Below are positions 18,643 through 28,246 of a DNA stretch of 58,640 nucleotides, piece by piece. This stretch comes from an uncultured Candidatus Saccharibacteria bacterium (GTDB lineage Bacteria > Patescibacteriota > Minisyncoccia > Phycocordibacterales > UBA9973). The notes beneath the pieces were generated by a model. It made no database searches and was not told the DNA's origin. It was given only the letters and a program-made list of their open reading frames with translations. The stretch spans positions 1 to 58,640 of the forward strand of contig CAYREQ010000002.1 in the NCBI GenBank assembly GCA_964423445.1. The letters run 5' to 3'. The translations under genes and the position numbers were made by a program. Position 1 is the stretch's first letter. Each line of letters begins with the position of its first letter.

Positions 18643-19827
18643 CTATATTTTTGATTCTGGTATTACCAAGTCCCAGAGTTTTCCGGCTACGTTTACTGGA
18701 GCACCAAAAAGAGGGTAGTGGTGTAAGTCTATAAAAGGTAGACTGTTGCATTCTATGATTCCGCAATGCTGTTCAGTCTTCCAAGATTTTGTGATGTCTT
18801 CCATTATAAAATCCACACCTACGAGTGGGTCATTTAAAAAATGACCTACGTGCTCGAGCATTTCAAGATTGTCAGGGTGTATGATTTCCGTCACTTCTGT
18901 GGTAGTGCCTCCCACACCTCGACTAGTCTTTTGAGAGAAAGTAATTATTTTCCCTTTTTCTATAACATCTTCAAGTTTTACTTTTTGTCTTTCTAGCTCT
19001 TCATTCGCTTCTTTATCTATTTTTATTTTATGAAATAATGGCCCAGCTCTTTCTGGTCTTTCATTTTCTTTATTTAGCAATTGTTGTAAGGTTTGTACTC
19101 CATCACCTATGACTTCTGGTTGATCCCGCTTTACTACTCCGACAAGTTTTTTATCTATAAGTGTTCCTCTAAATAAAAAGCCTTTTAATTCTTCTTCTAC
19201 TATTACAAGGGGAGAGAGTTTTTTTGCTTTTTTAAAACCTATCATGAGTAATTCTGGTGTGTCTATGTGAATCATCGTATGTCTACTGCGTGAACCCAAG
19301 TTTGGTTTTGTTATTACAGGCTTATCTACTCTGTTAAAAATCTTCATTGCGCCTCTTTTTGTAAAAGCCACTCCACCACGAGCCACAGGTAGGCCTTCTT
19401 TTTGGAATTTCTTTTTCATTATGCCTTTATTATCCATCCACATTAAGGCAGGGGAATTTTCTACAGCTGGTCTAGGCAACCCATCAAATTGTATTTTTTT
19501 ACCTTTAAATTCAGCTATAAAAGTATCGTGTACAGGACCGAGGTGGAATTGTTTCATTTTTATTCCACGACGATTGGCTTCTTCCCAAAAACATTTTGTA
19601 CGATAAGTGTCACTGTCTTCTGGTTTGTAAGTAAATCTGCCCAGACCTAAAAACACCATCAAATAAAAAAATGGCATAGACAATTGGTCGGCAATTTTAT
19701 CAGCCGTATTTTTAAATATATATTCCATGAATTTAAAAAATGGTTCATCTATCCATCCTAAAACTACAGAAGTATAAGCCACAAAGTGGCTTTCCTGTGC
19801 TGGTTCACAATCTTTACAATTTCTCAT
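18643..19827 (-). CDS. stand-alone ATP-grasp enzyme, cyanophycin-synthetase N-terminal-like
   Basis: 394 aa. 'VITKPNLGSRSRH', 'VIGDGVQTLQQLLNKEN' and 'SRGVGGTTTEVTEIIHP' resemble the CphA/RimK-type ATP-grasp. ATG lies 7 nt after TACAAT (comp. 19835-19840). Confidence 0.75.
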   Translation of the reverse strand: MRNCKDCEPAQESHFVAYTSVVLGWIDEPFFKFMEYIFKNTADKIADQLSMPFFYLMVFLGLGRFTYKPEDSDTYRTKCFWEEANRRGIKMKQFHLGPVHDTFIAEFKGKKIQFDGLPRPAVENSPALMWMDNKGIMKKKFQKEGLPVARGGVAFTKRGAMKIFNRVDKPVITKPNLGSRSRHTMIHIDTPELLMIGFKKAKKLSPLVIVEEELKGFLFRGTLIDKKLVGVVKRDQPEVIGDGVQTLQQLLNKENERPERAGPLFHKIKIDKEANEELERQKVKLEDVIEKGKIITFSQKTSRGVGGTTTEVTEIIHPDNLEMLEHVGHFLNDPLVGVDFIMEDITKSWKTEQHCGIIECNSLPFIDLHHYPLFGAPVNVAGKLWDLVIPESKI

Positions 19828-19869
19828 AGCTCTTATTGTATCAGGTTATTTATAATAATAAAAATCATT

Positions 19870-20532
19870 TTAATGAGCTACAGTAAAAGCTATTACTTTT
19901 CTTGCCCCAGCTTTTTTGAGGACTTTTTTGGCCTCAGTGAGCGTCGCTCCCGTGGTAAGAATATCATCTATTAAAATAATGTTTTTATTTTTTATCAGAT
20001 ATTCATTTTGTACAGAAAAAGAACCTATTATATTTTTCATACGTTCATTTCTATTTTTAATACGTGCTTGGTGTTCAGTTTCTTTTGGTTTTATCAATAT
20101 ATTTTCTTCTAGTTTAAAATTTGTATAATCGTCTAGTTTTACTAATTCTTTGCAAAATAATTCAGCTTGATTATATCCTCGCTCCCTATATCTTTTTCTA
20201 GATAGGGGAATAGGTATCAATATTATATTACTAAAATTTTCCATCAACTTATAATCAGCTATCTCTTCTGAAATTTTTCCATACAATACGCTAGCAAAAA
20301 TTTTTGCTAAATTTTTTCCATTTTTATATTTGAGTAGATGTAAAGCTTTTTTTATCGGAGGGTGTCTATAGTCAAAGATAGGGAAAATCCATTCGACGCT
20401 TTCACGCTCTGCTATAGGTGAAGATACAAGACAATCAAAACAGAACTGAGAACCCCTTTTCCCACAAGATAGACAATTCACAGGGAAAACCATGTTTAGG
20501 ACTTTGTTCACAATGGTGTTTAAAAATGGCAT
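19870..20532 (-). CDS. comF: ComF family competence protein (phosphoribosyltransferase fold)
   Basis: 220 aa with N-terminal Cys4 ('CLSCG...CFDC') and PRTase motif 'IILIDDILTTGATL'. Confidence 0.85.
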   Translation of the reverse strand: MPFLNTIVNKVLNMVFPVNCLSCGKRGSQFCFDCLVSSPIAERESVEWIFPIFDYRHPPIKKALHLLKYKNGKNLAKIFASVLYGKISEEIADYKLMENFSNIILIPIPLSRKRYRERGYNQAELFCKELVKLDDYTNFKLEENILIKPKETEHQARIKNRNERMKNIIGSFSVQNEYLIKNKNIILIDDILTTGATLTEAKKVLKKAGARKVIAFTVAH

Positions 20533-20556
20533 TTATGCTATAATATTATCACAAAA

Positions 20557-21684
20557 ATGGACAACCCCTTTTCAAATATCCTTGGTAGTATAGGAAAATT
20601 AGTAGGTGGAGCCACGGATAGCGCCGTAGGTATTGATATAGGTTCATCAGCCATAAAAATAGTAGAAATAAAGAAAAAGGGTAGCAAGGCTATCCTTGAG
20701 ACTTATGGAGCTATAGCCCTCGGACCTTATGACAATCAAGATGCAGGACGTGTCACCAACCTTCCAATAGATAAAATTTCTGAGGCATTAAAAGAAGTTT
20801 TAAATCAATCAAGCGTCAGTACAAAAGACGTAGCTTTATCTATTCCTATACAATCAAGTTTGATTTTCACTATTGATTTACCATCTTCAATAAAAGAAGG
20901 AGATATGTCAAATATAGTCTCTACTGAGGCTCGTAAATATATACCAGTACCTATAACTGAAGTTTCTGTGGATTATTTTATGTTGCCACAAAAAGAACCG
21001 TCCTTTGAAGAGATGAACAATGCTGAGCTTACGACCGAAAAAAATGACAAAAATAATATTCTGGTTGTAGCCACACAAAATGACGCCGTTTCAAAATACC
21101 GTTCCATAGTAGGAGAAGCCAAGCTGGCCTCATCTTTTTTTGAAATAGAAATATTTTCTTCAATTAGGTCAAATTTTGAACATGAATTATCTCCAATTTT
21201 ATTGATAGACTTTGGTGCATCACGGACCAAGCTCACTATTGTTGAATTTGGTATGGTAAAGAGTTACCACACCATAGAGCGTGGAGGAGCTGATATATCA
21301 GATGCTATTTCTAAATCTCTATCAATTCCTTTTTATGAAGCAGAAAAAATGAAAAAAGAATTTGGTCTTTTCGGTAACCCTACAGAAAAAAATCTTACTG
21401 ATATCATAAAGGTTCACACAGATTATATTTTTTCTGAGACAAACAATGTTCTGCTCGCTTATGAAAAAAAATATAATAGAATTATCAGTAAAGTCATATT
21501 TACTGGCGGGGGAGCTCTATTAAAGGGTCTTCCTGAAGTAGCAGCTACAAATTTTAGAGCTGAAATACAAATCGGCAGACCTTTTTCAAAAGTTGCTGCA
21601 CCAGAGTTTCTAGATAAAGTTTTAGAAACACTTGGTCCAGAGTTTGCCGTAGCTATCGGACTCGCTTTACGTAAATTGCAGTAA
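20557..21684 (+). CDS. pilM: type IV pilus assembly ATPase-fold protein PilM
   Basis: 375 aa, actin-like fold, with 'GIDIGSSAIKIVE' and 'FTGGGALLKGL'. Confidence 0.88.
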   Translation: MDNPFSNILGSIGKLVGGATDSAVGIDIGSSAIKIVEIKKKGSKAILETYGAIALGPYDNQDAGRVTNLPIDKISEALKEVLNQSSVSTKDVALSIPIQSSLIFTIDLPSSIKEGDMSNIVSTEARKYIPVPITEVSVDYFMLPQKEPSFEEMNNAELTTEKNDKNNILVVATQNDAVSKYRSIVGEAKLASSFFEIEIFSSIRSNFEHELSPILLIDFGASRTKLTIVEFGMVKSYHTIERGGADISDAISKSLSIPFYEAEKMKKEFGLFGNPTEKNLTDIIKVHTDYIFSETNNVLLAYEKKYNRIISKVIFTGGGALLKGLPEVAATNFRAEIQIGRPFSKVAAPEFLDKVLETLGPEFAVAIGLALRKLQ

Positions 21685-21718
21685 AGTTACTAGGAAAGAT
21701 TTTATAAACTAGGTAAAG

Positions 21719-21762
21719 TTATACACATTTTACTTCTTTTTAAGTTGTTTTTGTAATATAAT
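21719..21762 (+). promoter_or_regulatory. TTATACACA-N29-TATAAT promoter module upstream of pilN-like gene
   Basis: AAAGTTATACACA (one mismatch to the 25277 copy), exact 29-nt gap, TATAAT at 21757-21762, 10 nt before the ATG. Confidence 0.5.
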
Positions 21763-21772
21763 ATAAAGAACA

Positions 21773-22408
21773 ATGGAGCAAAATTTTCAAACATCTTTTA
21801 TACCTAAAAAACCTATGGTTAGAGAGTCAGCTACTGCTCCTCGCTCTGTGAATTTCTTTACGATTATTTCTCTTTTCATCTTATTCACTATCTTGCTTGT
21901 CACAGGTGGGCTCTATTTTTATAAGGGTATTATGGCCAAAGATGTTGTAGCAAAAAAAACAAATCTAACTTTGGCAAAAAATCGTTTTGAACCTTCCAAA
22001 ATACAAGAGCTCCAAGTCCTAGACAAGAGATTAAATGCTGCTAATGAAATTTTATCAAAACACATAGCTGTGACTCCTATTTTTCAAGCACTACAAGAGA
22101 CCACCATGAAGAGTGTCCGTTTTACAAAGTTTAGTTATTCTTTTGGTGAAGACGAAAAATCTAGGATAAATGTTAAAATGTCAGGAGTGACCCTAGGTTA
22201 CAGCTTCCTAGCTCTTCAGTCTGATCTTTTTGCAAAAAACAAAAATTTTATTGATCCGGTTTTTTCAAATCTATTATTAAATGAAAACGGAAACGTGGCT
22301 TTTGATTTAAACTTCTCAGTAAATCCATCTTTTGTTGATTATAAAGTACAGCTTTTAACAAACCAAAACGACAATAATGAAATTATAGAGCCAGCAATTG
22401 TAAATTAA
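21773..22408 (+). CDS. PilN-like pilus assembly protein
   Basis: 211 aa, single N-terminal TM plus coiled coil. Position immediately after pilM. Confidence 0.6.
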   Translation: MEQNFQTSFIPKKPMVRESATAPRSVNFFTIISLFILFTILLVTGGLYFYKGIMAKDVVAKKTNLTLAKNRFEPSKIQELQVLDKRLNAANEILSKHIAVTPIFQALQETTMKSVRFTKFSYSFGEDEKSRINVKMSGVTLGYSFLALQSDLFAKNKNFIDPVFSNLLLNENGNVAFDLNFSVNPSFVDYKVQLLTNQNDNNEIIEPAIVN

Positions 22409-22412
22409 ACAT

Positions 22413-23003
22413 ATGACTAGATTTATCTTACCAATTATTTTTATAGGAATTTCAATCGGAGGGTTTTTTATGTTTACAAACCCTATTTATCAGCAGATAC
22501 CTGTATTGAGAGCAGAAGTTGATTCTTATAATGAGGCCTTGAATAACTCAAAAGCACTAGAGAATGAAAGAGATAAATTGACCTCAAAATTTAATTCCAT
22601 AAATAAAGAAGATTTAGATAAATTAGAAAAGCTCCTACCAGACAATATTGATAACATACGTCTTATCCTAGAAATAGAAAAGATTGCTTCTCCTTATGGA
22701 ATGGTACTGAAAGACGTAAAGTATAATGCTGAAGAATCAGTAGAAGCAAAGCCAACCAATGCCAAACAAGCAGGGTCTGGGGCTAAATCAGCTACAAGTA
22801 AAGATTACAAAGTATTAAATATGGAATTCTCTGTTTCTGGTACTTATAATAATTTTATAAATTTCACTAAAGACTTAGAAAGTAATCTTAGAATAGTAGA
22901 TATTTCTTCCATATCATTTTCATCCGAAGTAGACTCCAAGACTAACCCTACGGGATTGTATAAATATAATTTTAAAATTAAAACTTATTGGTTAAAAAAT
23001 TAA
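22413..23003 (+). CDS. PilO-like pilus assembly protein
   Basis: 196 aa with N-terminal TM, a coiled coil and a C-terminal ferredoxin-like region. Gene order matches pilMNO. Confidence 0.6.
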   Translation: MTRFILPIIFIGISIGGFFMFTNPIYQQIPVLRAEVDSYNEALNNSKALENERDKLTSKFNSINKEDLDKLEKLLPDNIDNIRLILEIEKIASPYGMVLKDVKYNAEESVEAKPTNAKQAGSGAKSATSKDYKVLNMEFSVSGTYNNFINFTKDLESNLRIVDISSISFSSEVDSKTNPTGLYKYNFKIKTYWLKN

Positions 23004-23004
23004 T

Positions 23005-23478
23005 ATGACCCCTAAAATTAAAAACATTATAATATTTGCGTCTGTAGCTCTAATTCTAATTTTAGTTTATATTTTTTTCATAAGATCATCTCCTAAAGAA
23101 GATAATTTGGTCTCTACTACTAACAATGGTGCAAAAGTTGTCACTACGACAAGTAGTTCCAATTCAGACACATTGGCAAATAAAGATTTCTTAGCTATTT
23201 TACTTAGTGTAAAAAGTATAAAACTAGATGATAGTATTTTTGCTGACGCTGCTTTTACCACACTACATGATTCAAATGTAGTTCTTACACCAGATGGAAA
23301 CGAAGGTAGGCCAAATCCTTTTGCCCCAATCGGGTCTGATAGTTCTGTGCCTTCTTCCACTACTACAAGTACAACTCCAAAACCACCTACACAGACACAA
23401 CCTACCACCACACAAACACCTTCTGCTCCGCAACCCTCCACACTTCCACCAGCACCAACTACAATTCCAACAAATTAA
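23005..23478 (+). CDS. single-pass pilus-associated protein with 'RPNPF' motif and Pro/Thr-rich tail
   Basis: 157 aa, N-terminal TM, 'GRPNPFAP', C-terminal 'TTPKPPTQTQPTTTQTPSAPQP'. Function is inferred from context only. Confidence 0.5.
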   Translation: MTPKIKNIIIFASVALILILVYIFFIRSSPKEDNLVSTTNNGAKVVTTTSSSNSDTLANKDFLAILLSVKSIKLDDSIFADAAFTTLHDSNVVLTPDGNEGRPNPFAPIGSDSSVPSSTTTSTTPKPPTQTQPTTTQTPSAPQPSTLPPAPTTIPTN

Positions 23479-23480
23479 AA

Positions 23481-25232
23481 ATGAGTTTTTTAGAAGCATT
23501 AGTTAAAAAAAATATAATAAGTGAAAACCAGATTGGTGAAATCAAAGTTCGTGCCAATGAAAAATACAATGGTGACATATACAAAGCTTTGACTGATAGT
23601 GGTATTCCAGAAGATAAAATCCTTCAAGAAAAAGGGGAGTATTTAGGTATGCCAGTGGCTAAAGTAAATATCAAAGAAATGTCTTTTGATATTCTCAAAT
23701 ATATTTCTGAAGATTCAGCTTTGCATTATAATTTTGTACCAATATCTATCACAGATGGAGTTTTAAACGTCGGTGTTATTAATCCAGAAAATGTCCAAGC
23801 GATGGATGCTTTGCAATTTATTTCTTCCAAGGTAGGTATTCCTTTTAAAGTTTTTTTAATCTCTAAGACTGATTATGAAAATGTCCTTGATGTTTATAAA
23901 GGTATGTCTAATCAAGTCTCTGAAGCATTGGATAGCTTGGAAGAAGAAGAGGACAAGAAAGGACTCGCAGAAGAAAATTTAAGTAAAGAAATAAAAAATG
24001 TTAAAGCTGGAGAGGAGCAAAAGATAGTGGAAGATGCTCCAGTTATAAAAATAGTAGCTGTCATACTTAGAAATGCCATAGAGGGAGGTGCTTCAGATAT
24101 TCACATAGAACATACAGGTGAGAAAGTAAAAGTTCGTTTTAGAGTAGACGGGGCACTCTACACTTCTATTATACTTCCATTAAATGTTTACAATGGAGTA
24201 ATAGCACGTGTAAAGATTTTAGCAAAACTAAGATTAGACGAGAAAAGAAAACCTCAAGACGGAGCTTTTAGTGCAAACATAGACAATCACAAGATTGATT
24301 TTCGCGTATCTACAATGCCATCTTATTATGGCGAAAAAATAGTTATCAGAGTTTTGGATCCTGGAAATGGTGTAAAATCACTCGAGCAATTAAACTTATC
24401 TGAAGTAAATTTAAAGATGATAAGAGAAGCCCTCACTAGGCCATACGGAATGATTTTGATTACTGGTCCGACAGGTTCTGGAAAATCTACCACACTATAT
24501 TCCATGATGAATGAATTAGACAAAGACAAGAATAACGTCGTTTCCTTGGAAGACCCAGTAGAATATCATATGCCTGATGTTAATCAATCCCAAGTCATGC
24601 CTGAGATTGGTTATACATTTGCTGTGGGATTACGTTCTATAGTTCGACAAGACCCAGATGTGATAATGGTGGGAGAAATTCGAGATAAAGAAACAGCTCA
24701 ACTTGCGATACAAGCAGCACTTACAGGACACTTGGTCCTATCTACTTTACATACAAACAATGCTATCGGAGCTATTCCGCGTCTAGTAGATATGGGTATT
24801 GACCCATATCTTATTGCTCCGACTTTGATTTTATCTATTGCCCAGCGTCTGGCTCTGATGACTTGTCCATCTTCACGTAAGCTTGTAAATTTAGATGAAA
24901 GTGTTAAACTTCAACTTGAAGAACAAATGAAAGATTTACCAGAAGAACATAAAACAGAGATGAAAGAAATTATTGCTAAAAACCAAATGTATGAGACTGT
25001 ACCTTCTCCGGATTGTCCTTCTGGAGCTAGAGGTCGTATTGCTGTTTTTGAAATGTTTATGGTGGATAAGGAGATGCAAAATGTAATACTAAAAAGTCCT
25101 ACTAGTGGTGAGATTTATAAAGTAGCTAGAAGAAAAGGCATGAAAATGATGATAGAAGACGCAATGTTAAAATCCATACAAGGACTTATACCATTCAAAG
25201 AAGTTTATAATTTTAAGAATGAAAATGAATAA
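23481..25232 (+). CDS. pilB: type IV pilus assembly ATPase PilB (GspE family)
   Basis: 583 aa with Walker A 'GPTGSGKST', 'VGEIRD' and a tetracysteine-like region. Confidence 0.93.
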   Translation: MSFLEALVKKNIISENQIGEIKVRANEKYNGDIYKALTDSGIPEDKILQEKGEYLGMPVAKVNIKEMSFDILKYISEDSALHYNFVPISITDGVLNVGVINPENVQAMDALQFISSKVGIPFKVFLISKTDYENVLDVYKGMSNQVSEALDSLEEEEDKKGLAEENLSKEIKNVKAGEEQKIVEDAPVIKIVAVILRNAIEGGASDIHIEHTGEKVKVRFRVDGALYTSIILPLNVYNGVIARVKILAKLRLDEKRKPQDGAFSANIDNHKIDFRVSTMPSYYGEKIVIRVLDPGNGVKSLEQLNLSEVNLKMIREALTRPYGMILITGPTGSGKSTTLYSMMNELDKDKNNVVSLEDPVEYHMPDVNQSQVMPEIGYTFAVGLRSIVRQDPDVIMVGEIRDKETAQLAIQAALTGHLVLSTLHTNNAIGAIPRLVDMGIDPYLIAPTLILSIAQRLALMTCPSSRKLVNLDESVKLQLEEQMKDLPEEHKTEMKEIIAKNQMYETVPSPDCPSGARGRIAVFEMFMVDKEMQNVILKSPTSGEIYKVARRKGMKMMIEDAMLKSIQGLIPFKEVYNFKNENE

Positions 25233-25240
25233 TATAAGAT

Positions 25241-25274
25241 AAAGCCCCAAATTGTATTTACAATTTGGGGCTTT
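25241..25274 (+). terminator. perfect 14-bp hairpin after pilB
   Basis: AAAGCCCCAAATTG-TATTTA-CAATTTGGGGCTTT, with only a short T-tail. Confidence 0.6.
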
Positions 25275-25278
25275 AAAG

Positions 25279-25322
25279 TTATCCACAGGTCAGCCTTTTA
25301 TAAGTAATTTTAATAGTACAAT
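25279..25322 (+). promoter_or_regulatory. TTATCCACA-N29-TACAAT promoter module upstream of receiver gene
   Basis: Perfect DnaA-box 9-mer at 25279-25287, 29-nt gap, TACAAT at 25317-25322, 7 nt before ATG 25330. Confidence 0.55.
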
Positions 25323-25329
25323 TAATCAT

Positions 25330-25728
25330 ATGGAAGGAGAAAAGAAAAAAATTTTAATAGTAGATGACGATAATTTCCTTTTGGACATGTATGCCCTAAA
25401 ATTTAGCCAAAGTAATTTTGAGGTGTATACAGCGCCAGGAGGGGTAGAAGCCATAGAAAAACTCAAAGGAGGTCTTTCTCCCGATTTGATTTTGATGGAT
25501 ATAATAATGCCAGAAATGGATGGTTTTGAAATGCTAGAAAAGATAAACAAAGAAAATCTATCTAGTAAATCTATAAAAATTATTTTATCTAATAAAAGTG
25601 AGCAACAAGATATAGATAGAGGGCATGAGCTAGGTGTCGCAGGATACATAGTAAAAGCAAACTCTACTCCAAGAGAGGTAATTGAGCAGGTAAACAATAT
25701 CTTGTCACAAAAAGCTGCTGCTATATAA
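25330..25728 (+). CDS. stand-alone response-regulator receiver (CheY/PilH-like)
   Basis: 132 aa from the internal ATG: 'KILIVDDD', phospho-acceptor 'LILMDIIMPEMDG', 'GYIVKA'. The upstream part of the track ORF covers the terminator and promoter. Confidence 0.88.
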   Translation: MEGEKKKILIVDDDNFLLDMYALKFSQSNFEVYTAPGGVEAIEKLKGGLSPDLILMDIIMPEMDGFEMLEKINKENLSSKSIKIILSNKSEQQDIDRGHELGVAGYIVKANSTPREVIEQVNNILSQKAAAI

Positions 25729-25814
25729 AATTATCAACTATACCGTTAGCATAAACGCAAAAAGCGGGTTATAATAGTTAGGTATTATTAATTTAGTTTA
25801 ATATTTTCTAATAG

Positions 25815-26873
25815 ATGGACTATAAAAAATTATTTGAAGAACTTATATTAAATGTAATCCATGAAGGTGGATCTGATTTGCATTTAGGTACAGGACGAGT
25901 CCCAGCTCTTCGTGTTTCTGGTGAATTGATATTTCTTGTAAAGCACCAGCCTTTCACTAAAGAAGACATGCTAGGAATTCTTGGTGAAATTTTAGATAAA
26001 ACAAAAATAGAAAAATTTATACAAGACCAAGAGATAGATTTTTCTTATGATTTTCGGGGAGAAGCTAGGCTTCGTGGTAATGGATTTTTTCAAAAAGGTT
26101 TAATGAATATTGTTTTTAGATTAGTTCCAAAAGTTAAAACTTTAAAGGAATTACACTTACCTCCAATTCTTGCAGAAATAGCTCGCAAAAAACAAGGTTT
26201 CTTTTTGGTGGTTGGACCTGTCGGTCAAGGTAAATCTACTACACTTTCTGCGATGGTAAATCTTATAAACAATGAACAGGCTCGTCATATAGTGACCATC
26301 GAAGACCCTATAGAGTATGTATATATTCAAAATAAATCTATAATAAATCAAAGAGAGGTAGGTATAGATACAAGAGATCCACAGACTGCTCTAAAGTCTG
26401 TATTTCGTGAAGACGTAAATGTAATATTAATAGGGGAGATGAGAAATCCAGAGACTATAGCTACTGCTGTGACTGCTGCTGAGACAGGACACTTAGTATT
26501 CTCTACTTTACATACAAATAATGCCTCACAGACTATAGATAGAATAATTGATTCTTTCCCAGGAACTCAACAAGACCAAATTCGTTCTCAGCTTTCTTCT
26601 AGCTTATTGGGTATTCTCTCACAAAGATTAATACCTAGAATTACTGGGGGGCTTATTCCGGCATATGAACTTTTGTTAAATAATAACGCTGTAGCAAATT
26701 TGATTCGTGAAAAAAGAACTCATGAGATTGATGTCGTTATTGAGACAGGTATGGAGTCTGGCATGGTGGACCTAAACCATTCACTACTTGAATTAGTAAG
26801 AGCTGGTGAAATTTCTATAGAAAATGCACGAGAATATTCACTCAATCCAAAAGGTTTGGAACGCATGATTTAG
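25815..26873 (+). CDS. pilT: twitching-motility retraction ATPase PilT
   Basis: 352 aa with 'GPVGQGKSTT', 'IGEMRN' and 'GHLVFSTLHTN'. Confidence 0.93.
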   Translation: MDYKKLFEELILNVIHEGGSDLHLGTGRVPALRVSGELIFLVKHQPFTKEDMLGILGEILDKTKIEKFIQDQEIDFSYDFRGEARLRGNGFFQKGLMNIVFRLVPKVKTLKELHLPPILAEIARKKQGFFLVVGPVGQGKSTTLSAMVNLINNEQARHIVTIEDPIEYVYIQNKSIINQREVGIDTRDPQTALKSVFREDVNVILIGEMRNPETIATAVTAAETGHLVFSTLHTNNASQTIDRIIDSFPGTQQDQIRSQLSSSLLGILSQRLIPRITGGLIPAYELLLNNNAVANLIREKRTHEIDVVIETGMESGMVDLNHSLLELVRAGEISIENAREYSLNPKGLERMI

Positions 26874-26900
26874 CAATTATAAATTAAATTTAGTACTTGA

Positions 26901-28109
26901 ATGTTATTTAAATACAAAGCAGTAGATCAAAGTGGAGCAAGTAAAGAAGGTGAAATTGATGCACCAAATCGCGACATGGCGATAAGTGGTCTTCAACATC
27001 GTGGCTTTGTAATTCTTTCTATAGTTGGTGAAGACGAAAAAAAATCTATCTTTGAAATTTCTTTTTTTGATAAAGTATCTACAAAAGATATAGTGATACT
27101 CTCTAGACAAATTTCTATTTTGTTTGAAGCACAAGTCTCTGCTTTGAAAGCTTTTACTATGCTTGCAAACAATACTGAGAAAAAGCTTTTAAGTAAAAAA
27201 CTTACCCAGATTGGTGACGATCTTCAAGCCGGAGTATCTATATCAGGAGCTTTGTCTCGTCACCCAGATGTTTTTTCAGATTTTTATATAAACATGGTTA
27301 CAGTGGGAGAAGAAACAGGAAAATTAAACCAAGTTTTCTTGCACTTGGCTGAGTATTTAGATCGTCAGTACTCTCTTACTTCTAAGACTAGAAATGCTCT
27401 TATCTATCCTATTTTCGTCATCACTACTTTTTTTATAGTTATGACACTGATGTTTACTGTGGTCATACCAAAACTCTCAGCTATCATCTTGGACTCAGGA
27501 CAACAAGTGCCTTTTTATACCAAAATCATAATAAGCATCTCAGATATTTTCGTTAACTATGGTTTTATAGTTTTAATTTTTCTTGTATTGGCAGGTATTT
27601 GGATATGGAGATTGTCTGTCACTGAGAAAGGAAAAATTTATTTAGACAATGTTCGACTATCTGTGCCAGCAGTAGGTGACTTGTATAAAAAATTATATCT
27701 TTCCAGAATAGCTGACAACATGGACACAATGCTTTCATCAGGTGTCCCAATTCTTAGAGTCATAGAAATTACTTCAAAAGTTGTCGGTAGTCGCGTGTAT
27801 AAAACTTTACTAGAGCAAGTATCTGACAACGTAAAAGCTGGTCTATCTATATCTGCTTCTTTTGAAAAACACCCAAATGAAATACCAGGTATTATGGTGC
27901 AAATGATAAAAGTAGGAGAGGAGACAGGTTCACTGGGTACAATATTGAAAACTTTAACTGATTTCTATAAACGTGAAGTGGATGGAGCCATAGATACTCT
28001 AGTAGGATTGATTGAGCCTATAATGATAGTAGTTCTCGGTCTCGGCGTCGGAATATTACTAGTGTCTGTACTAGTACCTATATACAATCTTGCTGGTGGA
28101 ATCAGCTAA
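26901..28109 (+). CDS. pilC: type IV pilus platform protein PilC (GspF family)
   Basis: 402 aa with two GspF repeats ('GEETGKL', 'GEETGSL'). Confidence 0.92.
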   Translation: MLFKYKAVDQSGASKEGEIDAPNRDMAISGLQHRGFVILSIVGEDEKKSIFEISFFDKVSTKDIVILSRQISILFEAQVSALKAFTMLANNTEKKLLSKKLTQIGDDLQAGVSISGALSRHPDVFSDFYINMVTVGEETGKLNQVFLHLAEYLDRQYSLTSKTRNALIYPIFVITTFFIVMTLMFTVVIPKLSAIILDSGQQVPFYTKIIISISDIFVNYGFIVLIFLVLAGIWIWRLSVTEKGKIYLDNVRLSVPAVGDLYKKLYLSRIADNMDTMLSSGVPILRVIEITSKVVGSRVYKTLLEQVSDNVKAGLSISASFEKHPNEIPGIMVQMIKVGEETGSLGTILKTLTDFYKREVDGAIDTLVGLIEPIMIVVLGLGVGILLVSVLVPIYNLAGGIS

Positions 28110-28115
28110 AATAGC

Positions 28116-28161
28116 TGTGGATAACTCGTTTGCACTTGAACAGTTTTGTATATGTTATAAT
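28116..28161 (+). promoter_or_regulatory. inverted DnaA-box-like site plus extended -10 upstream of major pilin
   Basis: CTGTGGATAACT (the 12-mer reverse complement of the 25277 site) at 28115-28126. TG-n-TATAAT at 28156-28161, 31 nt downstream. Confidence 0.45.
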
Positions 28162-28246
28162 TAATCTATTAAAAACAAGTCGATTTAGAATCACTGCCTG
28201 AGAGGGTAGTAAATTATAAGTAATTATTAGTAAGTTTATATTTATT

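Noticed and set aside
20504-20512. TTGTTCACA inside comF as another DnaA-box-like site for the pilM promoter.
   Set aside because: It has a mismatch at a core position, a different spacing (26 nt to the -10 box) and lies within coding sequence. That is too weak to count.
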